A stretch of 64,000 nt of DNA, from NCBI GenBank assembly GCA_030324005.1, contig JARDVH010000073.1, positions 52,158,461 through 52,222,460 on the forward strand. The letters run 5' to 3'. The DNA comes from Negaprion brevirostris (taxonomy: Eukaryota). Under the pieces are notes generated by a model, which was given only the letters and a program-made list of their open reading frames with translations, made no database searches and was not told the origin of the DNA. A program made the position numbers and the translations under genes. Numbering within the stretch: the stretch's first letter is position 1; each line of letters opens with the position of its first letter. Below are positions 40,031 to 51,887 of the stretch, one piece after another.

Positions 40031-40254
40031 AATGGGAAAGCTTCCCTCCTGTTTGCACGTGCAAATGAAGTTGACTCCTGCTCAACTTACACTGAGTGGG
40101 AGCAACACAAAAGGAATTCTTCAAGTGATGTTACTCCATCAAGAACTGAAACTCTTGAACCATCTTTCAGCACAAGTACACTATACACATTGCATGAATG
40201 ATTATTAATTTGAATAGTGATTGTATCTGTTCCAAAATTAGAGTTTAGTCATTA

Positions 40255-41330
40255 ATATGGTATTAAGGGTAAGATCTTGGCATCAATAGAGATTTAGCTG
40301 ACAGGCAGAAGGCAGCGAGTGGAGATAATGCGGTCTTTTTCAGGATGGCAACCGATGATGACTTGTGGTATGCTTCAGGGGTCGGAAGATTTGGAAGAAG
40401 GAACTGAAGGCACTGTCGCAAAATTTGCAGAAAGTACTAAGATATGTAGAGGGACAGGTAGTATTGAAGAAGCAGAGAGGCTGCAGAAGGACTTGGACAG
40501 GTTAGGAAAGTGGGCAAAGAAGTGGCAGATGGAAGACAGTGTGAAAAGTGTGAGGTTATGCACTTTGGAAGGAGGAATGGAGGCATATTTTCTAGATGGA
40601 GAGATCAGGAACACAAAGGGACTTGGGGGCCCTTGTTCAAGATTCTCTTAAGGTTAATGTGCAGGTTCAGTCAGCAGTTAGGAAGGCAAATGCAATGTTC
40701 GCATTCATGTCAAGTGTGCTTGAAAACAAGATCAGGGATGTACTTCTGAGGCTGTGTAAGGCTCTGGTCAGACCCCATTTGGAGTATTGTGAGCAGTTTT
40801 GGGCCCCATATCTAAGGAAGGATGTGCTGGCCTAGGAAATGGTCCAGGGGAGGTTCACAAGAATGATCCATGGAATGAAGAGCTTGTCGTATGAGAAACA
40901 GTTGAGGACTCTGGGTCTGTACTTGTTGGAGTTTAGAAGGATGAGAGGGAATCTTACTGAAAATTACAGGATACTGTGAGGTCTGGATAAAGTGAATGCG
41001 GAGAGGATGTTTCCACCAGTAGGAAAAACTGGAGCTAGAGGGCACAACTTCAGGGTAAAGGGATGATTCTTTACATCAGAAATGAAGGAGAATTTCTTTA
41101 GCCAGAGAGTGATAAATCTGTGGAACTCTTTGTTGCAGAAGGCTGTGGAAGCCAGGTCATTGAATGTCTTTAAGACAGTGATAGATAGGTTCTTGATTAA
41201 TAAGGGGACCAGGAGTTATGGAGAAAAGGCAAGAAAATGGGGATGAGAAAAATATCAGCCATAATTGAATGGCGGAGCAGCCTCGATCGGCTGAGTGGCC
41301 TAATTCTATTCTTATATCTCATGGTCTTAT
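40255..41330 (+). mobile_element. CR1 LINE 3' kilobase
   Basis: VAKFAESTKI, LQKDLDRLGKWAKKWQM, KALVRPHLEYCEQFWAPYLRKD, and a CR1 3' tail. Confidence 0.9.
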
Positions 41331-41499
41331 TAATAGCTGAAATTAAAGGTGGGGTCAAATGGTTTCAACAGAATACACTTTTTCAAATGCCTGTATTCTT
41401 GTCTGTGCAACATTTTCCATTAACTGGCATAAAATTTTTTGTATCGGAGAGTCCCGCATTAAATGTTCACATGACAGATAGCTAAGGTTGTATGGTTAC

Positions 41500-41623
41500 C
41501 TTTCCCAAGTCAATACTGAGATCCAAAGTGTCCCTGAAAGCTAACCATACGAGCGACATTGCCAATGGTGCACTTCCTTTCAACACTGATATCCAGAACA
41601 CCCCAGCTTCATGGTGAGTAACA
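41500..41623 (-). CDS. Candidate internal coding exon (124 nt, phase 2-0)
   Basis: Strong acceptor ttcatttttcttgcag| and donor AAG|gtaacc. Only one frame is open: VTHHEAGVFWISVLKGSAPLAMSLVWLAFRDTLDLSIDLGK. Confidence 0.45.
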
Positions 41624-42079
41624 CTGCAAGAAAAATGAACTATCTTTGCTACCCATTCAAAGAGGTCTGAAGCCCAAGGAGACACCAGCAGCTGTTACCA
41701 CTTGTCTTACAGAGGAGCACAATAAATAGGTGCAGGAGTAGGCCATGGCCTACTCTGCTTTTCAACAAGAACATGATTGATCAGATTGTGGTCTTAATAC
41801 TTCATTTTCTTGCCCATCGCCAATAACCCTCAATTCTTGGTTCACAAAGATCTACCAACCTGTTGCAGGATCCAAAAGACTTTTCCCAGCCATTATAGCA
41901 GGCCCAACAGCCAGAAATAAAGGCACCAGTCATTACTTACAAATAATTGTGCATATGTTAACTTTATAAAGTAATTTTCTTTGGTCTGGTATTTTACAGC
42001 ACCAAGAGGAGATGGTGGCAAAGTGGTAGTGACACTGAACTATTAATTTAAAGTACTAGGATATGTTTAATCACCTTCA

Positions 42080-42885
42080 GCCAGAACTGATGAGTGGATG
42101 ATTCATCCTGGCAGTCTTCGGAGGTTCACAATGTGCCAGTTTTCAACCAATTCAATTCACTCCGTGTGTTATCAAGAAATGGCCGAAGGTTTTTGATACT
42201 ACAAAAGCTATGGGTCCCAGATGTGTGCTCCGGAACTAACTGTGATCTTAGCTAAGCTGTTTCAGTACAGCCGCAACACTGACTTCTGACAAGTGAAAAA
42301 TTACCCAGGTATGCCCTGTCCACAAAAACAAGGCAAATCCAACCCAGCCAATTACAGTCCCATCAATTGCTCTAGATTACCACAGTGATGGAAGGAGCCA
42401 TCGACAATGCTATCAAGCAGCACTTACAGGCCAATAACCTGCTCAGTTTGGATTCTGCCAGGGCCACTTCTCTCCTGAGCTCATTACAGCCTTGATACAA
42501 ACATGGGCTAAAGAACTAAACTAAAAAAAGGGTGATATGAAACAGTGACTGCTCTTAACATTAAGGCAGTATTTGAATGAATGTGGTGTCAAGGAGCCCT
42601 AGCACAATTGCAGTCAATGGGAATCAGAAGGAAAATTCTCCACTGGTTGGAATCATTCTGGCACAGAAGAAGATGGTTGTGTTTGGTCAATTATCTCAGC
42701 TCCAGGACATCACTGCAGGAGTCCCTCAGGATTGTGCTGGGCCAACCATCTTCAGCTGCTTCATTAATGACCTTCCCACCATCCTAAGGTCATAAGTGGA
42801 AATGTTTGCCCAATGTTCAGCATCATTTATGGCTCTTCAGATGCTAAAATAGTCTGCATTCACATGCAGAAAGGCCTGGTCTTGT
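42080..42885 (+). mobile_element. L2 LINE RT fragment
   Basis: QDITAGVPQD..GPTIFSCFINDLP. Confidence 0.8.
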
Positions 42886-43329
42886 TTGCAGAAAGGCTGA
42901 ACANNNNNNNNNNNNNNNNNNNNNNNNNNNNNNNNNNNNNNNNNNNNNNNNNNNNNNNNNNNNNNNNNNNNNNNNNNNNNNNNNNNNNNNNNNNNNNNNN
43001 NNNTTCCATCAAACACAGGCTTCCGATCACCAAAGATCTGATTTTTAAAATGCTGAACCATGTGTTCAACAATTTCCCTGAAAAGTAAAGTAATTGTTTT
43101 ACTTCTGTAGCTGAATCAGTAAAAGCATCTTTTACTCAAAGCATTCAAATGAAATGCCTCAAGCTGATTTAATATCACTATTTTACACATTCATCTTATC
43201 AAAATGTTTTCCAATTAATCCCTTTTATTTAAACACAATGAAATTGCAGTTAAGATTGTAGAACACTTCAGAATCACATATGCAGCATCTTTCTACATTG
43301 TTAAGCATGGGTATGCTGTTGCACATCAG

Positions 43330-43622
43330 CAGACACGTGGTCCTTGACAGTGGGTAGGTCCAGTTGCAGTGGCAAGGGAATCTCGACGACTGGGGATATC
43401 CCCTACGGCTGCAGCCTTCATCCCCCATCACAGCCATTGATACCATAAGAATATCTTCCACCTGACCTGTTGAGGTTTTGGATTGCATGTTGTCTGGCTC
43501 CCCCACCCCTCTTACCATCATGGGTGGACCTGCCTGGAGTTCAAGACTCCTGACGGCCTCATTCTTGGGGATCAATGGAGTGTTCAAGCCTCTTCATCAC
43601 AGCAAGATGGCAATCCAAGAAA
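43330..43622. mobile_element. Probable RTE-clade LINE 5' region remnant
   Basis: The motif aagcctcttcatcacagcaagatggcaatcca and flanking sequence resemble RTE 5' UTRs. Recognised by eye only. Confidence 0.35.
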
Positions 43623-46600
43623 ATGTTCTTTTGGTCTCTCTGTCAAGAACTGTGCGTTTGGTGATCCACACCAGGTGTCTATCTAGAGGAAACCAACACA
43701 GCCCACACACAGACAAGCTGTACAGCAATCAGTGAAAAGTGATGGGATCGTGAGATCTGGAAGTTCCTAGCCTCAGACCGAGACATAGGTGGTGGAGTTT
43801 AATTCAGTCACCTCGTTCTTGAAAATAGGAACAGGAGAACGTTTCAACAGAAGAACATAAGAAATAGGAGCAGGAGTAGGCCATCTAGCCCTTCGAGCCT
43901 GCCCCGCCATTCAATAAGATCATGGCTGATCTGTCGTGGCTCAGTTCCACATCTTTACCTGTTGCTCACATGGAAGCAGTATGTGTCATCTGCAAGACGC
44001 ATACAGCAATTCACCAAAGTTCCTTCAACAGCACTGTCCAAATCCAGCATCCCTGCCTCCTAGAGTGGCAACAGCAGCACAGGCAAGGGAACAACACCAT
44101 CTACCGCTCCAAGCCACACACCGTACTGACTTGGAACTGTGTCAGTGTCCTTTCATGTTGTTGGGTCAAACTGTCTCTTCATGAGATGGACTGCAACAGC
44201 TCAAGAAAGCCACTCAACACCATTGTCAAGGACAGTGAGAGATGGGCAAGAAATGTTGGCCTAGCCAGCGATGTCAACAAAAGGGCCATATAGTACCTTT
44301 CACCTAAAGCAATTGTGCAATAGGAAGCACTGCTTCAGCCTGACTAAAAGAACAGCAAGTCAATAAATTTCTCAGGGTAGATTTAACATTCACATGAAAG
44401 TTCACTCCCAAACCTTCACAATGCCCCAGGAGACAAGATTTAATTTGTCATTTATAACAATAGCAATCTTTTGCTGATGTCAGAGATATTGGTCAAAATA
44501 ATCCTACTGTCAAGGTACAACAATCCTTCCCTTCTCAAAAATGAGCTGGTCTGATCTAGTTCGGAGTAGGCTTAAAGCCTTCAATGAAAGCCATGACTGG
44601 CATTAGGCTAAAGCTGCCTTTCAGGCCAGTGCCAGTGTCAACCGGTGTTGCAGAACCAAGATTTATTTGCCACTTTTGCACTTTTAACCAACTGCCCGCC
44701 TTAGTATTTAAGATTCTGATGATAATCCACTAGGGTGGTTGAAGATGTAAATCAGGACAATTGCTCAGTGTCATCATTAGCCATGAGTTATGTACCATGA
44801 AGGTATAATGGTGCTGTCAAGAAATAGAGTGAGAATGGTGGGAGAGAATGGTTCAACTATGTGGCATCATTATTTCTTCTCCAGTTAGCTTCACCGTCAC
44901 CATGGAAACTTGTCTTTCCTTGTCCAGTAAACTCAGGATTGTAGTTAGTTTTAAAATAGTGCACTTGTTTTGGCTGTCAATGCTTCTGCATGACAACACT
45001 TCAAAAGTGCTTCAGAAAACATTCTAGTATTTGTCAAGTGTCATTCAACTCACTGATCTGCAAAGTGATACTCCAATTGCATTTGGAGCACAAGATTTTG
45101 TCTCCTGCCACAAACTCGAAAACTACAGAAGTATCACGTGGATTAAATTTCTCCTTTATTCCTGGCACCAGTTAACTCTTACTCCTGTGCTGTTCACAAG
45201 TGCCACTATTTCCAGGAGCCTGCAATACAGCTGTTAGATTTGAAACCTGTCAGACGTACTAACCAAAGTGTCTCAGAATGAAGGACTCGGATTATATTAA
45301 GATCATATTAAGAACAACCTTCTCAGAACAAAGAATAAGGGAAGGTTGAATAGAAGTGCTCAAAATTCTGCAGGGGCTTGACAAGGAGAAAAACAGTTCC
45401 AGGGACCAAGTCGACAACAGATGAGGGGATGATTTTTAAACACAATGGATAATAATGATCTGAAAGGCATTACTTGAAGGGCAGTGGACACAGATTCAAT
45501 AGTAACTTTCAAAAAGGAAAATGGATACATACTTGAAAGAATGGTTACATAGTTAAAAGAAACAAAACATTGTCTGAATGAGAAACAAAGTGTTACGATC
45601 CATTTTAGATTCAGTTTTTGACAGCAAACCTTGGACAATAAGCTTTATTCCAAAGTATTTTGTTACCATTGTGAAAAGAGCTATAGAACATAGAACATTA
45701 CAGCGCAGAACAGGCCCTTCGGCCCACGATGTTAAAAAACAATGGCCCACTAACCTAAACCAATCCCTTTTCGTCCATAAACAGTGCAAATGTAAAAGGT
45801 GTATTCCACAGGAGGAAGCTACAAAGTGTTCTTCTCACAATGTGGCAAGTGAAACCAATAGGTTCTCTCTTGCCCTGAGCACTCGCGGGCACGATTGTCT
45901 AAATGGCTTTCCCCTGTGTTGTAGCTAATGGTCTCTTTGAAAGCTCAACGCTGTTGAAGTGAAAATTCAAAGACAATTTTGTGGTAAAATCTCTCCAACT
46001 CCACACTTTCTTGAACAATAGAGCGCTGTCAGTCTTTAAGTCTGTCACCAAGCAGCATGTAACAGACTCAGGTGAGCCACAGAAGGGAGCAAACAAAACA
46101 TTGTGCATTGTAAAACTTCAGAGTCTACCATTGAGGAAAATGACAGCAATCAGGTTTTCCTTGTTTCACAAGGAAGTACTTGTTAGGAAGCGCCAACAGC
46201 TCTTGTGAAGTTACACTTGCTGTTATAGATTCAAACAGAGCCTGCAAATCAGTGAGGAATTCCATTCAAATGAACCAACTCCTAATTGAAAGGTGAAAAA
46301 GAAGAATGCTGGATTAATTGGTTTAAACTCAAAATAGGAAAGGAGTGCCAGAGAAAGTGAGAGGTCAGGCAACATCTACCAAATGAGCACAAATCAACCC
46401 ACCTATTAACTGTTATACCCTTCCCTCAGAAGTGTATGATGTTACAGCAATAGAGCAAAACAAGGCAAACAAAGAATTACATTTGTGTATCACCTTTCAC
46501 AATCTCAAGACACCCCAAAACACTTTTGCCTCCAATAAAGGCCTTTTAAAATGTGGTTACTATGGCAATATAGAAACTGCAGTAACCAATTTGTGCACAG

Positions 46601-46739
46601 CAAGGTCCCATGAACAGCAATGAAGTAATGACCAGATAACTTGTTTCTGAGTGATGTTGGTTAAAGGATGAATGTTGGTTCAGACACTAGGAGAGAATCC
46701 CCCATGACTCTTTTCCAAACAGTGCCATGTGATATTATT

Positions 46740-47265
46740 TGATTTGAATTGATATATTATTGTCACATGTATTGGGTGACAGTGAAAAGTATTGTTTCTT
46801 GAGCATCATCCAGGCAAAACATACTACTCATAGAGCACATAGGGCAGAAGGAAAGGAGAGGGTGCAGAATATGGTGTTACAGTCACAGCTAGGGTATAGA
46901 GAATGATCAGCTTAATATAAGGTAGGTCCATTCAAAAATCTGATGTCAGCAGCAGGGAAGAAGCTTTTCTTGAGTCATTTTGTACATAATCTCAGACTTC
47001 TGTATCTTTTTCCCAAATGAAGAAGATGGAAGAGAGAATGTCCTGGGTGCTTGGAGTCCTTGATTATGCTAGCTGTTTTTGTAAGGCACAGGGAAGTGTA
47101 GACAAAATCAATGGATGGGAGGCTGGTTTGAGCAGTGGACTGGGCTACATACCAAGCTGTGATACATTCAGAAGGGATGCTTTCTATGGTGCATCTGTAA
47201 AAATTGATGAGAGTCATAGCCGACATGCCAAATTTTCTAAACCTCCTGAGAATGTAAATGTGTTG
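46740..47265 (-). mobile_element. Rex1/Babar-clade LINE, 3' fragment
   Basis: ORF 46975..47226 reads MTLINFYRCTIESIPSECITAWY...IIKDSKHPGHSLFHLLHLGKRYRSL, typical of the Rex1 ORF2 end. Confidence 0.8.
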
Positions 47266-47269
47266 GTGG

Positions 47270-47600
47270 TCTGTTCAAAAATCTGTCTCTGCCTTAAAAA
47301 CATTCAACAAGGTAGCCTCAACTGCTTCACTGGCAGGGAATTCCACACATTCACAACCCTGTCGGTGAAGAAATTCCTCCTCAGCTCAGTCCNNNNNNNN
47401 NNCTGGTCCACTTATTTTGAGGCTATACCCCCTAGTTCTGGTTTCACCCGCCAGTGGAAATAATCTCCCTGCTTCTATCTTATCTATTCCCTTCATAATT
47501 TTATATGTCTCTATGAGATCCCCCTTCATTCTTCTAAATTCCAATGAGTATAGTCCCAGTCTACTCAGTGCTCCTCATAAGCCAACCCTCTCAACTTCAG
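47270..47600 (-). mobile_element. CR1 LINE 3' fragment
   Basis: Reverse strand encodes LGLYSLEFRRMKGDLIETYK. Confidence 0.8.
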
Positions 47601-49211
47601 GATTCAGTCTAAAAGGAAAGGTTATTGTCAAACCGGTAATGTTTTAATCTGCCTGCTCTGTGTACTGCCAGTGGATGTTAGGCTCACAGATGCTATGGCA
47701 TTATGGCATTTGGTGTACTTCATGTCAGAAGTATACCTGCATGTCATGGGTACTATTTTGGAACCATAAAGTCCCTCTTAATGTTCAGATATGTAAGCTA
47801 ATGTGTGCAGTTTTATCTCTCCTTTTTATTAAAAATAGGGCCAGCTCATAAAAATTGAAGTTGGATGAAATTGTGATTTTTTAAAAAACTCTTTGATGGG
47901 ATGTGGGTACCACTGACATGCCCAGGATTTACTGCCCATCACCAACGGTCATTGAAAAGATGCCCTCCTGTGACGTATACAATCCAGAATTCCAGGATTT
48001 TGCCCACGATGAAGGAATGACAAAATGTTAACATGGATATTAAGTGTTACCACAAAAAGCATGCTGCACCCAAAAAGAAAGGCTCAATATCAAAGCGGGC
48101 ATAATTTTAAGGTGACATNNNNNNNNNNNNNNNNNNNNNNNNNNNNNNNNNNNNNNNNNNNNNNNNNNNNNNNNNNNNNNNNNNNNNNNNNNNNNNNNNN
48201 NNNNNNNNNNNNNNNNNNNNNNNNNNNNNNNNNNNNNNNNNNNNNNNNNNNNNNNNNNNNNNNNNNNNNNNNNNNNNNNNNNNNNNNNNNNNNNNNNNNN
48301 NNNNNNNNNNNNNNNNNNNNNNNNNNNNNNNNNNNNNNNNNNNNNNNNNNNNNNNNNNNNNNNNNNNNNNNNNNNNNNNNNNNNNNNNNNNNNNNNNNNN
48401 NNNNNNNNNNNNNNNNNNNNNNNNNNNNNNNNNNNNNNNNNNNNNNNNNNNNNNNNNNNNNNNNNNNNNNNNNNNNNNNNNNNNNNNNNNNNNNACAAGA
48501 TACTTAACAGACAGATTATCTTTATTTTACTTGCTAGCTAGGGGAATCAGTTCCTGACACAATGGGTCAAGACACCACTCTACCGGACAAAGAAAATCAT
48601 CCTGGTTCTACAATTCTGCAGCTCACAGTCAGTTGGACACAATCCAATCAAAAGTGTTTCAAATGACATGCTTTACATGTTGATCCAATAGAAAACATAC
48701 TGAACCACTCTGATCTATGAGATCACGATACCTCGTGGGTACCACAATATATTATCCTAAGCCTGCCTCTAGTCTCTTAGTCAGACATCATGTCTCTATT
48801 TTTGATAGCAGCCTCACAATGCATCTTCTCTAAAACAGTATCACATGGGCATCCTTTAATTGATAAAGAAGGCCTACTAAAGCCATTAGTATTTTATGGC
48901 CTTGTCAGCGAAGTTAACTGAATCTCTAAGGAATGTGGTCAACTCAACTTGCCTTCAGGATATTCCTCAATTATAGCCTTGATAAGTTTTGTTTATTGCC
49001 AACATAATGAAACATGTATACATTGCTTATCAATTCAGTGACTGAGCTTTTGATCACTATCTACAGCTTCAAGATGTATCATTACGTTACCGTTAATTGT
49101 TGTCAGTTCCCACTAAGTCCTCTACCATAACTCTTTTGTGGGCTAAGACAGTAATATCTTTCTGACTCTGTTTTGATTAGAAACTGTGAAAGCAGCTCCA
49201 TTAAAGCTCAC

Positions 49212-49309
49212 CCTTGTATCAGTTATTCCTGGTAAGGTGTCTGGTGAGGCAATTAAGTCTCCTTCATGGCCTTGTGATTCCAACAGTTGGGTGCTGTAAA
49301 GGATTGTAC
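49212..49309 (-). CDS. Weak candidate exon (98 nt, phase 1-0)
   Basis: Good donor AGG|gtgagc but weak acceptor (catatattag). Frame TILYSTQLLESQGHEGDLIASPDTLPGITDTR is phase-compatible with the 51573-51887 exon. Confidence 0.25.
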
Positions 49310-51572
49310 CTAATATATGTTTGGTATCAAAGAGACACTCTGTAACTGTGCATCTAAGTTTCTTTGTTTAATTTCTAAAAATGTATAGAAGACATATTTA
49401 TATGTATGGATTAATTGGAGGTATTACATGTACCTTTAAAACTATAAAGTGTTTAAAACGCCTCATTACAATTACTAACAAACTTGCTGCCCATTGATAA
49501 AGTGAATTCTCCATCTAAGTTGATTAAACAAAAGCCTTAACTGAGTCTGTCAATCTCACAGTAGCCGTTTTCTTTTCTATCTTTCTACAATTGGAACAGA
49601 GACAAGGGGACATACAGTTTAACTGACGTGTTAGTAATTTTATTCAATGTTATGTAATGGGCTTGTCATTGTACTCTGGTACTGTACTGTGAAGGGTGAT
49701 TGTTTGTACATCATGTAGCGGGAGTCTTAAGCACGACCAATGCATTTCCGGCTTCCTGATGCACAAAAATTGAAAATCAAAAAAGAATGTAAACATAGGC
49801 ACATGTACAGTAATGTGCAAGCATTCAATGTTGCCCTGCACCTTGGAGAAGCCTGGAATCCTTGCAAACCATCACAAATATTCTGCCTGGATCCCCATGA
49901 AAAGATGAAATGAGAAAAATTTACCCTGCTTTTACATGGAGAGCCACAAGTATTTATCAAATACTCTGGTTTGTCAGAGTATTACAAACCACGAGTTGTC
50001 AATGATGCCTCCAGCTTCAGTCTGGAAGCAGCCAGAAAGCTCATAAACATGGTTATCTGCAAAGTGGCAACTAACAATGTGGTCCTTAACTGCCCTACTC
50101 TGAGGTTGGTCATCCATTTGCTGCATTTGGCAGATCACAAAGAGAACCACCTTAGTAAAGCACAGAAATCTATTAAGTTAAGTGGTTGTCACTGAAGGTC
50201 AGGTAGCAGAAACGCACTGTAAAGATGGTTTTGATTGCACCGGTTTTTGAACGCTAAGCGAGCTTTTAAGATTACAAATGCTTAAGGCTCCTACTACATG
50301 ATGTCCAAACAATTGCCCTTGACCCACATGCCCTGTAGATTTTGCTAAAACTCAGTTGCAGCATCTTCAGTAAGTTTGAGATTGAAGTTGCCAATTAATT
50401 TTCAAATTGATTATTTTGCATTTGTCTTCACATTTTGCATGCACCAAAGATCCTTAGATAGCAGCTTCCAAACCCACAACCATTTCCATCTTGAAGGACA
50501 AAGGCCACAGATACATGGGAACACCACTACCTGCAAGCTGCCCTCCAAGCCACTCACCATCCTGACTTGGAAATATATCGCCGTTCCTTCATAGTCGCTG
50601 GATCAAAATACTGGAATTCCCTCCCTCACGATATTATAACTCCTGCTTAATAAACAAAAACACCATATGTGAGCGACGTGTATGTTTACAAAACAGTTGT
50701 GGATAATAATGAAATAATGGTAAACCAATCAGATCAATAGTAAATTGGTCATAAACTATTCAGAGGAGGTGCCACTCTACTCAAGGGTAGTCACCTAATG
50801 TGGCACAAGGCAGATTGCAAAGAATATGGAAGAAGTCTGGTGACCCTCAACCAAGAGGAGAGCAGACAGAACACAACAGGAGATGAGGGGGTTAGACTAT
50901 GAAGAGAGACTGAATAGACTGGGTCTGTACTCGTTGGAGTTTAGAAGGATGAGGGGGGATCTTATAGAGACNNNNNNNNNNNNNNNNNNNNNNNNNNNNN
51001 NNNNNNNNNNNNNNNNNNNNNNNNNNNNNNNNNNNNNNNNNNNNNNNNNNNNNNNNNNNNNNNNNNNNNNNNNNNNNNNNNNNNNNNNNNNNNNNNNNNN
51101 NNNNNNNNNNNNNNNNNNNNNNNNNNNNNNNNNNNNNNNNNNNNNNNNNNNNNNNNNNNNNNNNNNNNNNNNNNNNNNNNNNNNNNNNNNNNNNNNNNNN
51201 NNNNNNNNNNNNNNNNNNNNNNNNNNNNNNNNNNNNNNNNNNNNNNNNNNNNNNNNNNNNNNNNNNTGGACTTGTCCGGACATCCCGGCTTTATTTTCTT
51301 GTTGTGGAGAATAAAGTCTATTGCTTGGAGGATTACGACTCAGTCTCTTTGTTGTGAATAATTGGGATCAATTGTCGTCCCGGGGACCCACGACAGTGTC
51401 CAGATTTGGTATTTGTAAGAACAGATTGTGCCTACTGCCTTACTAAGTAGTATTTTTATACTACTTGTCCTTCTACTAACCAGACTTATTACAGCTTATA
51501 CCAAATGCCTCATACCCCGAGTTGTCAGTGACTAGTCAGAACTAAACATCCCAAAGGTTCACTCAGACTTAC

Positions 51573-51887
51573 ACTGAGACGCCCTCACAATCTCCAGCAG
51601 GCATGACTGCAACCAGATCCATGTTGTGAGAGAATCTAACTCCTTCATTTCTGGTGTTAATACTACCACAACCTTCGATGCTTTCGCAGGCGCATATCTG
51701 ATAATGTTGCTTTCTGATCTGTCCAGGCAGTGGAAACGTGGGGGCAAAATCACCTGGAGGGTCTCAGCCACCTGCTGGAGAGCTGGTGAGACTCCCACAT
51801 CCTTTGAAGATTTGAAGGAGACTTTAAATGGCCTAGTGGCTACTCTGCCAGGCTTTTCTTGTGGCAATTGAGGCTCTTTCAGACATT
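51573..51887 (-). CDS. Internal coding exon (315 nt, phase 1-1) of an unidentified gene; SEA-domain-like module
   Basis: Minus-strand acceptor aattgtgtcccag| and consensus donor CAGT|gtaagt. The frame is open throughout: CLKEPQLPQEKPGRVATRPFKVSFKSSKDVGVSPALQQVAETLQVILPPRFHCLDRSESNIIRYAPAKASKVVVVLTPEMKELDSLTTWIWLQSCLLEIVRASQ. The sequence does not resemble a repeat and is more GC-rich than its flanks. The domain call is inference by eye. Confidence 0.6.

Noticed and set aside
43225-43735. Overlapping 67-120 aa ORFs in GC-richer sequence
   Set aside because: Better explained as an RTE-like retroelement 5' remnant; no protein motif.
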